Shown here piece by piece: positions 23,882-31,685 of a stretch of DNA of 35,727 nucleotides (positions are counted from its first letter, which is position 1; each line of letters begins with the position of its first letter). This stretch comes from Elusimicrobiota bacterium (lineage in GTDB: Bacteria > Elusimicrobiota > Elusimicrobia > JACQJN01). The translations under genes were made by a program, and so were the position numbers. The stretch covers positions 1 to 35,727 of the forward strand of contig JACQJM010000102.1 of NCBI GenBank assembly GCA_016205045.1, read 5' to 3'. The notes below the pieces were generated by a model, which saw only the letters and a list, made by a program, of their open reading frames with translations, was not told where the DNA came from and did no database searches.

Positions 23882-24856
23882 ATGAATTGGAACAAAAACC
23901 AAGAAAGAATTATTAACTCTTTTACCAACCTCCAATCCCCAGTCCCCAACCCCGCGCAGCAGCGCATCGGTCTTATAGCAGGCGGTGGTCGCTTCCCTAT
24001 CTTATTTGCCCAAGAAGCCAAGCGGATGGGCAGAAAGGTGGTGGCCATCGGAATTAAAGGCGTCACCAGTCCCGATTTAGAAGGAGAAGTGGAAAAAATT
24101 CAGTGTTTTCGGCTGGGTCAACTCACCAAACCCATCGCCTTTTTACGCGAGTTCGGGGTGGCCCAGGCCGTGATGGCGGGAAAGGTTCAACATGGTTCTC
24201 TGTTTGGAGGAATCTTGCCCGATGCCAGAGCCTTTAAAATTTTGGCGCGGCTCAAAGACCGCAGAACCGACTCCATTTTGGGAGAAATTGCGGAAGAATT
24301 CGCCAAGGAAGGCATTCAACTTCTAAGCTCCGCCACATTCCTGTCGCACCTTATTCCCCATAAGGGAGTTTTAACGGGGCGCAAGCCTACCGCGACGGAG
24401 AAAGAGGATATCAAGCTGGGTTGGCGGGTGGCAAAAAATCTATCCGGACTGGACGTGGGTCAGACGGTGGTGGTCAAGGAAGGAACCGTGGTGGCCGTAG
24501 AGGGAATGGAGGGAACCGACGCGTGTATCCTCCGGGCCAGCGAGATAGTTGCGCAATACGCAATACGCAATACGCAATACGTGAAAAAAAACGAAGATCT
24601 ACAAAACACCAATCGCTTATCGCGAATCTCGAATCGCGATCTTGTAGTCGTCAAGGTCGCCAAGCCTAAACAAGATTTTCGATTTGACCTGCCGGTGTTG
24701 GGAGCAGATACCATCGAGACTCTGCGCCGAGCGGAGGTTCGAGTGGTGGCGATCGAAGCGGGAAAATCATTAATTTTGGATCAGGATCACTTTATCAAAG
24801 AAGCGAATGAACTGGGCACAACTGTTGTTGCCATAGAGGGAGAGGAAATATCATGA
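23882..24856 (+). CDS. lpxI: UDP-2,3-diacylglucosamine diphosphatase LpxI (DUF1009 family)
   Basis: IGLIAGGGRFPILFAQEAKRMGRKVVAIGIKG, VMAGKV, LDVGQTVVVKEGTVVAVEGMEGTDACILRA, VKVAKPKQDFRFDLPVLG. Position between lpxA and lpxB. Confidence 0.8.
   Translation: MNWNKNQERIINSFTNLQSPVPNPAQQRIGLIAGGGRFPILFAQEAKRMGRKVVAIGIKGVTSPDLEGEVEKIQCFRLGQLTKPIAFLREFGVAQAVMAGKVQHGSLFGGILPDARAFKILARLKDRRTDSILGEIAEEFAKEGIQLLSSATFLSHLIPHKGVLTGRKPTATEKEDIKLGWRVAKNLSGLDVGQTVVVKEGTVVAVEGMEGTDACILRASEIVAQYAIRNTQYVKKNEDLQNTNRLSRISNRDLVVVKVAKPKQDFRFDLPVLGADTIETLRRAEVRVVAIEAGKSLILDQDHFIKEANELGTTVVAIEGEEIS
24553..24581. repeat. perfect heptamer tandem repeat (GCAATAC)x4 + G inside lpxI
   Basis: Read directly. It is followed by an A8 run (24584-24591) and a degenerate CGAATCT CGAATCG CGA stretch (about 24622-24638). 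Confidence 0.95.
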
Positions 24857-25920
24857 GCACTCAATCACAAGTCCATCAAAACGGATCGAAGAACGGAACG
24901 GGTCGAATCAGGGTTGGGGTTATTGGGGCCGGAAAAATCGGCTCCCATCACGCTCGCATTCTGTCCCGAATGCCGGAGGTGGAACTGGTAGGGGTTTGCG
25001 ATTCCAACTTGTGGAGAGCTCAGATGGTGGCTTGGAGATTTAAATCCGTCGCCCACCGCAATTACCAAGATCTTTTGTCCCAAGTGCAAGCCGTGATCGT
25101 CGCGGTTCCCACAGAGCTGCATGCCGAAATTGGCTTGGCCGCTTTGGACCGCGAGATTCACTGCTTGATCGAAAAACCTCTGGCAACCTCGGTGGAAGAA
25201 GCTAAATCTCTTCTACAAGCTTCGGAGCAAAAGCGGGCCGTTCTTCAGGTGGGTCACGTGGAACGATTCAACCCCGCGGTTTTGGAGGCGGTGCGCCACA
25301 TCAAGGACCCGCGGTTTATCACCGTAGAAAGACTGGGCCCCTATGATCCGCGCGCGTCCTCTATTGGAGTGGTCATGGATCTCATGATTCATGACTTGGA
25401 CATTCTTCTGACCCTGATCGATTCTGAAGTGGAAAGTCTGGAAGCCATCGGGGCCAGTCTCTTGTCGGCCCATGAAGACATTGCCAATGTTCGCCTGCGG
25501 TTTAAGTCAGGCTGCATCGCAGACCTGACCGCCAGCCGCATCTCTTTGGAAAAGTCCCGCAAAATCAGGATTTTCCAGAAAGAGAGCTATCTTTCCCTGG
25601 ATTATGTAAGCGCCAAGCTGAAGATCTGCCGCAAGAAAAATCCTGTCATTAAAAGTCTTAAGGATGTGGAAGTGCTGTACCCCAACTTGGAGAAAGTAGA
25701 ACCACTCAAAGCCGAGCTAGCTCACTTCATTCAGTGCATCCAGCAAAACATAAAACCCTGGCCGTGTGCGGAATCAGGCTTTTTGTCCTTAAAACTGGCG
25801 CTCAAGATCATCGAGGAACTTCAGCTTCATGAACTATCTCAGCAAGACCCCAAGGACCCGGGGCTCCTCACCTCACTTTCTTCCTATTTTTCCGGAAGAC
25901 CTGGGGCAAAAGAAGCATGA
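24853..25920 (+). CDS. Gfo/Idh/MocA-family NAD(P)-dependent oxidoreductase embedded in the lipid A operon
   Basis: Rossmann N-terminus IRVGVIGAGKIGSHHARIL, EKP motif (CLIEKPLA), GHVERFNPA. ATGA overlaps with both lpxI and lpxB. Confidence 0.85.
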   Translation: MSTQSQVHQNGSKNGTGRIRVGVIGAGKIGSHHARILSRMPEVELVGVCDSNLWRAQMVAWRFKSVAHRNYQDLLSQVQAVIVAVPTELHAEIGLAALDREIHCLIEKPLATSVEEAKSLLQASEQKRAVLQVGHVERFNPAVLEAVRHIKDPRFITVERLGPYDPRASSIGVVMDLMIHDLDILLTLIDSEVESLEAIGASLLSAHEDIANVRLRFKSGCIADLTASRISLEKSRKIRIFQKESYLSLDYVSAKLKICRKKNPVIKSLKDVEVLYPNLEKVEPLKAELAHFIQCIQQNIKPWPCAESGFLSLKLALKIIEELQLHELSQQDPKDPGLLTSLSSYFSGRPGAKEA

Positions 25921-27044
25921 CACCAAAAAATATTTTGATCGTTGCGGGAGATACTTCCGGAGATTTACACGGAGCGCATCTCATTCAAGAACTAAAGCGG
26001 TTGTCTCCCGAACTCCACATTGCGGCCATGGGCGGCAAGCATATGGAGCGGGAGAGCGACCGATTTCTTTTTGATCTAGTGGCCCTGGGGGCGGCCGGTT
26101 TTTCGGAACCCATCAAACGGTTTTTTGTCTGGTCGCGGCTCTTGAACTTGGCTCGCCGTTATCTCGACGATAAAAAACCCAGCGGCTTGGTGACCATTGA
26201 TTTTTATGGATTCAACCACCAAGTGTTGGGGTTGGCAAGGCATCGAAAAATTCCCACTTTCTACTACATCAGCCCTCAGGTGTGGGCAAGCCGCCCGGGC
26301 CGCGTACAGCACCTCGCCAAGCTGCTGGAGCACATGATCGTAATCTTTCCTTTTGAGGCCGATATCTACCGACAAGCCGGGATTCCCTGCACTTTTGTCG
26401 GACACCCGCTTCTGGATATCCTGCCGGAACCGCGCCCAAGCCCATCCCTCATCCCTCATCCCTCATCCCCTCTTAAAATTGGCATTCTCCCGGGAAGCCG
26501 CCCCCAAGAAGTAAACCGCCACATGCCCTTGTTCTTGGAAACGTTCAAGAAAATACAGAAGGAGATTCCTTCGGCTCAAGCAGAAATATTTGCGGCCCCC
26601 CAAATCTCGGATGAGAGCCTCAAGCCCTATCTTAAAAACGGGTGGGGGCATCTGACCGTTGTTCGTGAATCCAACTATCAAAAACGCGCGGATCTGGATT
26701 TTGCCTTGACCTCTTCGGGCACCGCCACCTTGGAAAATGCTCTTCTGGGAATTCCCATGACCGTGGCTTATAAAATGCCTTGGTTCACTTACTGGATCGC
26801 CAAATCCATTATTCGGGTTCCCCATATTGCCATGGCCAACATTCTGGCCGGCCATCGCCTAGTCCCCGAGCTAATTCAGTCGGAGGCGGTGCCGGAACGA
26901 GTGTTAGAAGAGAGCCTGCACCAACTCAAAGACCGAAATAATTTGGCCAACCTGAGGAAAAATTTGTTGGGGCTGAGGAAAAGCCTGGGGGCTCCGGGAG
27001 CTTCCCGAAGAGCGGCCGAAGTCATTTTGGCAGGACTGAAATGA
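25917..27044 (+). CDS. lpxB: lipid-A-disaccharide synthase
   Basis: ILIVAGDTSGDLHGAHLIQELK, YYISPQVWASRPGR, GILPGSRPQEV, TSSGTATLENALLGIPMTVAYK. Confidence 0.9.
   Translation: MTPKNILIVAGDTSGDLHGAHLIQELKRLSPELHIAAMGGKHMERESDRFLFDLVALGAAGFSEPIKRFFVWSRLLNLARRYLDDKKPSGLVTIDFYGFNHQVLGLARHRKIPTFYYISPQVWASRPGRVQHLAKLLEHMIVIFPFEADIYRQAGIPCTFVGHPLLDILPEPRPSPSLIPHPSSPLKIGILPGSRPQEVNRHMPLFLETFKKIQKEIPSAQAEIFAAPQISDESLKPYLKNGWGHLTVVRESNYQKRADLDFALTSSGTATLENALLGIPMTVAYKMPWFTYWIAKSIIRVPHIAMANILAGHRLVPELIQSEAVPERVLEESLHQLKDRNNLANLRKNLLGLRKSLGAPGASRRAAEVILAGLK
26443..26470. repeat. heptamer tandem repeat (CATCCCT)x3 + CATCCCC inside lpxB (five C3+ tracts)
   Basis: Read directly. It encodes PSLIPHPSSP immediately before the conserved GILPGSR motif. 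Confidence 0.95.
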
Positions 27045-28816
27045 ATGTTTTATCTCGTCTTCTCCCTTATCTAAAACCCTACCGGGGCCGGTTCATTCAG
27101 GCCGCGACCGCCATGCTTTTGGTGGCAGTCCTCAACGGCACCTCTGTTTGGTTGCTCAAGCCCGTGGTGGACTATGTCTTCATCCACAAGGACCCGCGGA
27201 TGCTCACGATCGTGGTGGTCCTTATCCCTTCTCTGTTCCTGCTAAAAATGATTTTGTCCTACATTCAGGCTTCTCTCATGAGTTTTATGGGGCAACGCAT
27301 CACCCAAGAACTCCGAGAATCTTTGTTCAGACACCTGCATGATCTCTCCATGGACTTTTTTTGGAAACGCCGCTCCGGAGAGATTCTGTCCCGCGTCACC
27401 AACGACCTCAACACCCTGCAATCAGGGCTTCAATTTACCCCGCTCTATATCATCCGCGATTCCCTCACGGTCGTAGTGTTGCTGTGTGTTCTTTTTTACG
27501 TTCACTGGAAATTTGCCTTGATCGCTCTCACCGCCATTCCTATTGCTGCCACCGTCCTGTACATCCTGGGAAAGAAAATGCGGGACTCCAGCTCCAAAAG
27601 CCAACAAATCATGGGGGAGATTTACCACCGTTTTCAAGAAAGCCTGCAGGGAATGCTTGTGGTCAAAGCCTTCAACTATGAGCAGGGCGCCATCCGAAAA
27701 TTTAATGAGGAGAGTTCTTCTTTCTTCAACCAGATGATGCGGTATCTTCGGGCGGCCGCTCTTTCAGGACCCCTGATGGAGTTCTTGGGAAGTTTCGTGC
27801 TCACCTCGTTGGTGCTGTATGGGGGCAGGGAGATCATTCGGGAACAGATGACCCCGGGTGCCTTTTTTGCTTTTTTAGGAAGTTTTTTTGCCGCCTACGA
27901 ACCCATCAAAAATCTGGCGCGCCTCAACTCCACCATTCAGATGTCGGCCGCTTCCACCGAACGCATCTTCCAGATCTTAGATGAAAAACCTTCAGTCCAG
28001 GAAAAACCCGCACCCCTTCCCTTTCGTCGTCCCTCCCAAGGTATCCAGTTTAAAAATATCTCCCTGCGCTATCCCGAACGCGACAGTTTGGCCCTTAAAA
28101 ACATTCAACTTCACATCGCTCCCGGGGAAGTGGTGGGCGTGGCAGGACCAAGCGGCTCCGGCAAAACCACCCTGGTACATTTACTGCTGCGCCTATTTGA
28201 TCCTTCTCGGGGCCAGATTTTAGTGGACGGAATCGACCTCCGAGACTTTTCCATCACCTCTGTGCGTGAGCACATCGGCTTGGTGACCCAAGATACCTTG
28301 TTGTTCAATGATACGGTGTTGGGCAACGTGGCGCTGGGCAAACCCGAAGCCACCGAAACAGAAATTCTCGCGGCCCTCCGTGCGGCAGATGCCGAATCCT
28401 TTGTCAGCCAACTTCCTCAAGGCGTCCTGACCCCTTTAGGAGATCGGGGGGTTCGGCTTTCGGGAGGACAGCGTCAACGCATCGCCATCGCGCGGGCCAT
28501 TCTCAAAAACCCCGCTATTTTGGTTTTAGATGAGGCCACCTCCAATTTAGACACCGCCAGCGAACGCAGCGTCCAAACAGCCCTGGAGAATCTCTATCGG
28601 GGACGAACGGTATTGGTGATTGCCCATCGGCTTTCTACGTTGCAAAACGCGGATAAGATTTTTGTCCTCCACTCCGGGGAACTGGTGGAATCGGGCAGCC
28701 ACACGGAGCTCTTGGCCAAAGGGGGCCTCTACTCCAGGCTCTACGAACTACAAAAACTTGAACCGCCCCCCCACCCTTCCCTCCCCCTCGAGGGGGGAGG
28801 ACTAAGGTGGGGGTGA
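27041..28816 (+). CDS. msbA: ABC transporter, fused TMD-NBD, lipid A/LPS flippase MsbA-like
   Basis: Six-TM N-terminal half. Walker A GPSGSGKTT, signature LSGGQRQRIAIARA, Walker B ILVLDEATS. Translationally coupled after lpxB. Confidence 0.85.
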   Translation: MNVLSRLLPYLKPYRGRFIQAATAMLLVAVLNGTSVWLLKPVVDYVFIHKDPRMLTIVVVLIPSLFLLKMILSYIQASLMSFMGQRITQELRESLFRHLHDLSMDFFWKRRSGEILSRVTNDLNTLQSGLQFTPLYIIRDSLTVVVLLCVLFYVHWKFALIALTAIPIAATVLYILGKKMRDSSSKSQQIMGEIYHRFQESLQGMLVVKAFNYEQGAIRKFNEESSSFFNQMMRYLRAAALSGPLMEFLGSFVLTSLVLYGGREIIREQMTPGAFFAFLGSFFAAYEPIKNLARLNSTIQMSAASTERIFQILDEKPSVQEKPAPLPFRRPSQGIQFKNISLRYPERDSLALKNIQLHIAPGEVVGVAGPSGSGKTTLVHLLLRLFDPSRGQILVDGIDLRDFSITSVREHIGLVTQDTLLFNDTVLGNVALGKPEATETEILAALRAADAESFVSQLPQGVLTPLGDRGVRLSGGQRQRIAIARAILKNPAILVLDEATSNLDTASERSVQTALENLYRGRTVLVIAHRLSTLQNADKIFVLHSGELVESGSHTELLAKGGLYSRLYELQKLEPPPHPSLPLEGGGLRWG

Positions 28817-28823
28817 GCCTCCT

Positions 28824-30269
28824 ATGGATCTTAAAGAACTCTGCAAAAAATTTAAAGCTTACGCTCCCCATGTGGACACCTCCCTCCTAGAAAAGGCCTT
28901 CCTCTTTTCCGCCAAAGCCCACACCAACCAAAACCGAGCTTCAGGAGAACACTACTTTGTCCACTGTGAGGCGGTGGCGGACACGCTCGTGGAATTTAAA
29001 CTGGACATGCCCACCATTGCCGCCGGGCTTTTGCACGACGTTTTGGAAGATACCCCCGTGAATGCCGAAACCCTTCGGCGGGAATTTGGTGAAGAAATTA
29101 CCTGTCTGGTAGAAGGGGTGACCAAGCTCGACGCCCTCCAGTTCTCCTCCCAAGATCAAGCTCAAGCAGAAAACTGGAGAAAAATGCTTCTGGCAACCGC
29201 TCAAGACATCCGAGTCATTCTCATCAAGCTGGCGGACCGGTTGCACAACATGAAGACCCTCAATTTTCTCGATCGTGACCATCAACTGCGTATTGCCCAT
29301 GAAACAATCTCGCTCTACGCTCCTTTAGCTCACCGCCTGGGGATGTTTGAGCTCAAGAGCGAGCTCGAAGACTTGGCCTTTCAATTCCTTCATCCCAAGG
29401 AGTACCAAGAACTTTCTACAAAAATTCTAGCTCAGATGGCTGGCCGCCAAGCCGCCCTTAACTCTTTTAAAAAAACCTTGGAAGAACATCTCAAGTCCTC
29501 CGGTATCCCCTACCGTCTTCTATCCCGCACTAAAAGCTTGTACTCCATCTACGAGAAGATGAACCGCCAGAACAAACCCTTTGAAGAAATCCAAGATGCT
29601 CTGGGGGTGCGCATCATCGCCGACACCCTGGCCGACTGTTATGCTATTTTGGGTATTGTTCATGCCGTCTTCAAGCCAGTCGCGGGAAGTTTCACCGATT
29701 ATATTTCGATTCCTAAAATGAACCTCTACCAAAGTCTTCACACCACCGTCGTCGCTGCCACGGGGGATCTCACGGAAGTTCAGATTCGGACCGAAGACAT
29801 GCACCGGACGGCCGAGTATGGGATCGCCGCGCACTGGAAATACAAGAGCGGGGAAAAGGACAAAGAAAACCCTCACCTGGAGGAGAAACTTAACTGGTTA
29901 AGGCAGTGGATAGAGTGGCTTCAGGACCTCAAAAGCCCGCGGGAATTTTTGGAGAGTCTCAAAACAGATTTAGAGCTAAACCAGGTTTTTGTGTTCACCC
30001 CCAGGGGGGATGTGAAGGCGCTCCCGGCCGGAGCCACGCCCATCGATTTTGCTTTTGCGGTGCACACTGACATCGGATACACCTGCGTGGGGGCCAAGGT
30101 AAACAACAAAATGATGAAGTTGGACCACGTCTTAAAAAGCGGGGATGTATGCGATATCTTGACCCGAAAAGGAAGTGTCCCCAAAAAGGATTGGCTTTTG
30201 ATCGTCAAAACCGCTCGCGCCCGCTCTAAAATCCGGCATTACCTAAGAGAAAAAGGGGTTGTTACCTAA
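28824..30269 (+). CDS. rel: RelA/SpoT-homologue (HD hydrolase + synthetase + TGS) lacking the usual C-terminal regulatory domains
   Basis: HD: HCEAVADTL...AGLLHDVLEDT. Synthetase: RTKSLYSIYEKM, YQSLHTTV, EVQIRTEDMH. TGS: VFVFTPRGDVKALPAGATPIDFAFAVHTDIG. The protein ends about 30 aa after TGS (481 aa in total). Confidence 0.9.
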   Translation: MDLKELCKKFKAYAPHVDTSLLEKAFLFSAKAHTNQNRASGEHYFVHCEAVADTLVEFKLDMPTIAAGLLHDVLEDTPVNAETLRREFGEEITCLVEGVTKLDALQFSSQDQAQAENWRKMLLATAQDIRVILIKLADRLHNMKTLNFLDRDHQLRIAHETISLYAPLAHRLGMFELKSELEDLAFQFLHPKEYQELSTKILAQMAGRQAALNSFKKTLEEHLKSSGIPYRLLSRTKSLYSIYEKMNRQNKPFEEIQDALGVRIIADTLADCYAILGIVHAVFKPVAGSFTDYISIPKMNLYQSLHTTVVAATGDLTEVQIRTEDMHRTAEYGIAAHWKYKSGEKDKENPHLEEKLNWLRQWIEWLQDLKSPREFLESLKTDLELNQVFVFTPRGDVKALPAGATPIDFAFAVHTDIGYTCVGAKVNNKMMKLDHVLKSGDVCDILTRKGSVPKKDWLLIVKTARARSKIRHYLREKGVVT

Positions 30270-30748
30270 ATCTTATCGATTATTCCCTTTTGAAATAGGT
30301 GCGGATTTTTCTCAAGAAGCGGCCTAATTTTCTCTATAATAACCCTCAACTCCTGCTCAACGTGGAGTTTATTAAATACACGGTAAAGTGCGCGAGACTG
30401 TTCAGGACTGAATGTAACGGCTTTAGTAAGTACCGAACCGCCCTGAACTTCTTTTTCACGCTGATAAAGTAGATGCGCTGGACCTTGTCCCACTATCCAG
30501 TGAAGCCCATGCCTTTCCATGGTTTCAATAATGACGTAAGCACGCTTCATTTGATACGGAGTCCCATTTTTAACCATTTGTTGGGCAACCTCTCTTGCGT
30601 GTGGCGTTAATGTGCTCAACTGTTGAATCTGCTCCGTCGTAAGTATCGGCTGAGACTTAGCCTTCTCATCAGAGGGTTGGGTGCTGGCCCTGTACGCCAC
30701 AGTCAATACAAGAAGCAATCCCAACCATCCTGTCCATTTTTTACTCAT
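30266..30748 (-). CDS. small secreted/membrane-anchored hypothetical protein (160 aa)
   Basis: I prefer ATG at 30748 (MSKKWTGWLGLLLVLTVAYRAS, signal-like), preceded by GGAGG with an 8-nt spacer, over the longer ORF start at 30817. No family recognised. The stop codon overlaps the rel stop. Confidence 0.6.
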   Translation of the reverse strand: MSKKWTGWLGLLLVLTVAYRASTQPSDEKAKSQPILTTEQIQQLSTLTPHAREVAQQMVKNGTPYQMKRAYVIIETMERHGLHWIVGQGPAHLLYQREKEVQGGSVLTKAVTFSPEQSRALYRVFNKLHVEQELRVIIEKIRPLLEKNPHLFQKGIIDKI

Positions 30749-30853
30749 GAGTTTGACCTCCGCACGAAGAATGTTTTGAAACTCGCTTAAGTATATCCCC
30801 CCCTGTAGAAATTTCAAGGGCCCTTCCAGAACTTTCCCAATTCACTCCTCCCC

Positions 30854-30906
30854 CTTTTCTGAAAGCGGGGGTCAAGCAGGGAAGTTAAGCAGTGCTTTCA
30901 GAAAAG
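30854..30906. promoter_or_regulatory. 13-bp perfect inverted repeat CTTTTCTGAAAGC ... GCTTTCAGAAAAG with a 27-nt spacer
   Basis: Arms at 30854-30866 and 30894-30906, read directly. The spacer contains AAGCAG twice. It lies about 20 nt upstream of the -35 box of the antitoxin promoter, in a divergent intergenic region. Confidence 0.6.
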
Positions 30907-30924
30907 CTCGTCAAGTTCTGGCCC

Positions 30925-30953
30925 TTGATTATTTGGCATTTTAATGGTATAAT
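30925..30953 (+). promoter_or_regulatory. near-consensus sigma-70 promoter for the antitoxin/AbiEii operon
   Basis: -35 TTGATT (30925-30930), 17-nt spacer, -10 TATAAT (30948-30953). GGAG SD 7 nt upstream of ATG 30990. Confidence 0.55.
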
Positions 30954-30989
30954 TATGGTGAATAACTGGTAATATATTGGAGTGGTGCC

Positions 30990-31685
30990 ATGCCAACCAT
31001 AACCCCTGATATTTTCTCTACTGTGCCTCAAAGGGACTACCTCTCCCTCTTTGAGGGAAACCGCCCCAACTGTCAGCGCATCGTCAGGTTCCTTGGACTT
31101 AGAAATGAGGAGGTCGCCAAAGCTACTGGACTACCCTTTGGTTCCATCCGGTATGATGAGAAGATGCCTGTCGATCTCATAGAACGTATCCGGGAGTGGG
31201 GGACTTTGTTGAACCTGGTTGCAGAGTTTTTCCAAGGTGACTCACAGAAGACCTCGCTTTGGTTTGCCATGCCCAATCCTCTTCTGGGAGATGTTGCTCC
31301 CAGGGACATGATCCGCTCCGGCAGAGACAAAAAGCTTTTTAAATTTGTCGTAACTGCTCTCTCTGAAAACAAGCCTACCGTTCCAGCGTCTCCCGAATTT
31401 CCAATCTCCGTTAGGCATGGACCCGACATTGGTGAAAAGGTCGCCAAAGAGGTTTTTTGGGATTACGAAGTTGATCTACAGGAAATGAAAAGACTCCTGC
31501 AGAATAAACGTCCTGAGAAGCGGCTGTGGGTAATAGGCCGTATCCTGAAATACGCCCGGTGGGAAGATGTCCGACAGCTTCTTACAACCAAAGACATTGA
31601 AGAGGCTTTGCCCAAGGTGGACCTTCCGGAAGTAAAGCGCAGAATGCTGGAAAACGCCCTGGAGGTCTGGCGACATGGGAAATAA
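30990..31685 (+). CDS. putative antitoxin: Xre-like HTH + DUF2384 (MbcA/ParS-type toxin-binding) domain + extra C-terminal helical domain
   Basis: IVRFLGLRNEEVAKATGLPFGSIRY (HTH-like). SLWFAMPNPLLGDVAPRDMIRSGRDKKLFKFV (DUF2384 signature W-x3-PN-x2-LG-x3-P). C-terminal VFWDYEVDLQEMKRLL...ILKYARWEDVRQLL. 11-nt overlap with the downstream toxin gene. Confidence 0.65.
   Translation: MPTITPDIFSTVPQRDYLSLFEGNRPNCQRIVRFLGLRNEEVAKATGLPFGSIRYDEKMPVDLIERIREWGTLLNLVAEFFQGDSQKTSLWFAMPNPLLGDVAPRDMIRSGRDKKLFKFVVTALSENKPTVPASPEFPISVRHGPDIGEKVAKEVFWDYEVDLQEMKRLLQNKRPEKRLWVIGRILKYARWEDVRQLLTTKDIEEALPKVDLPEVKRRMLENALEVWRHGK

Noticed and set aside
13141-26470. Heptamer tandem arrays considered as CRISPR or as telomere-like/integron repeats
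   Set aside because: The units are 7 nt and directly abutting with no spacers. The arrays are only 16-30 nt long and no cas genes are present, so these are simple tandem repeats, not CRISPR.
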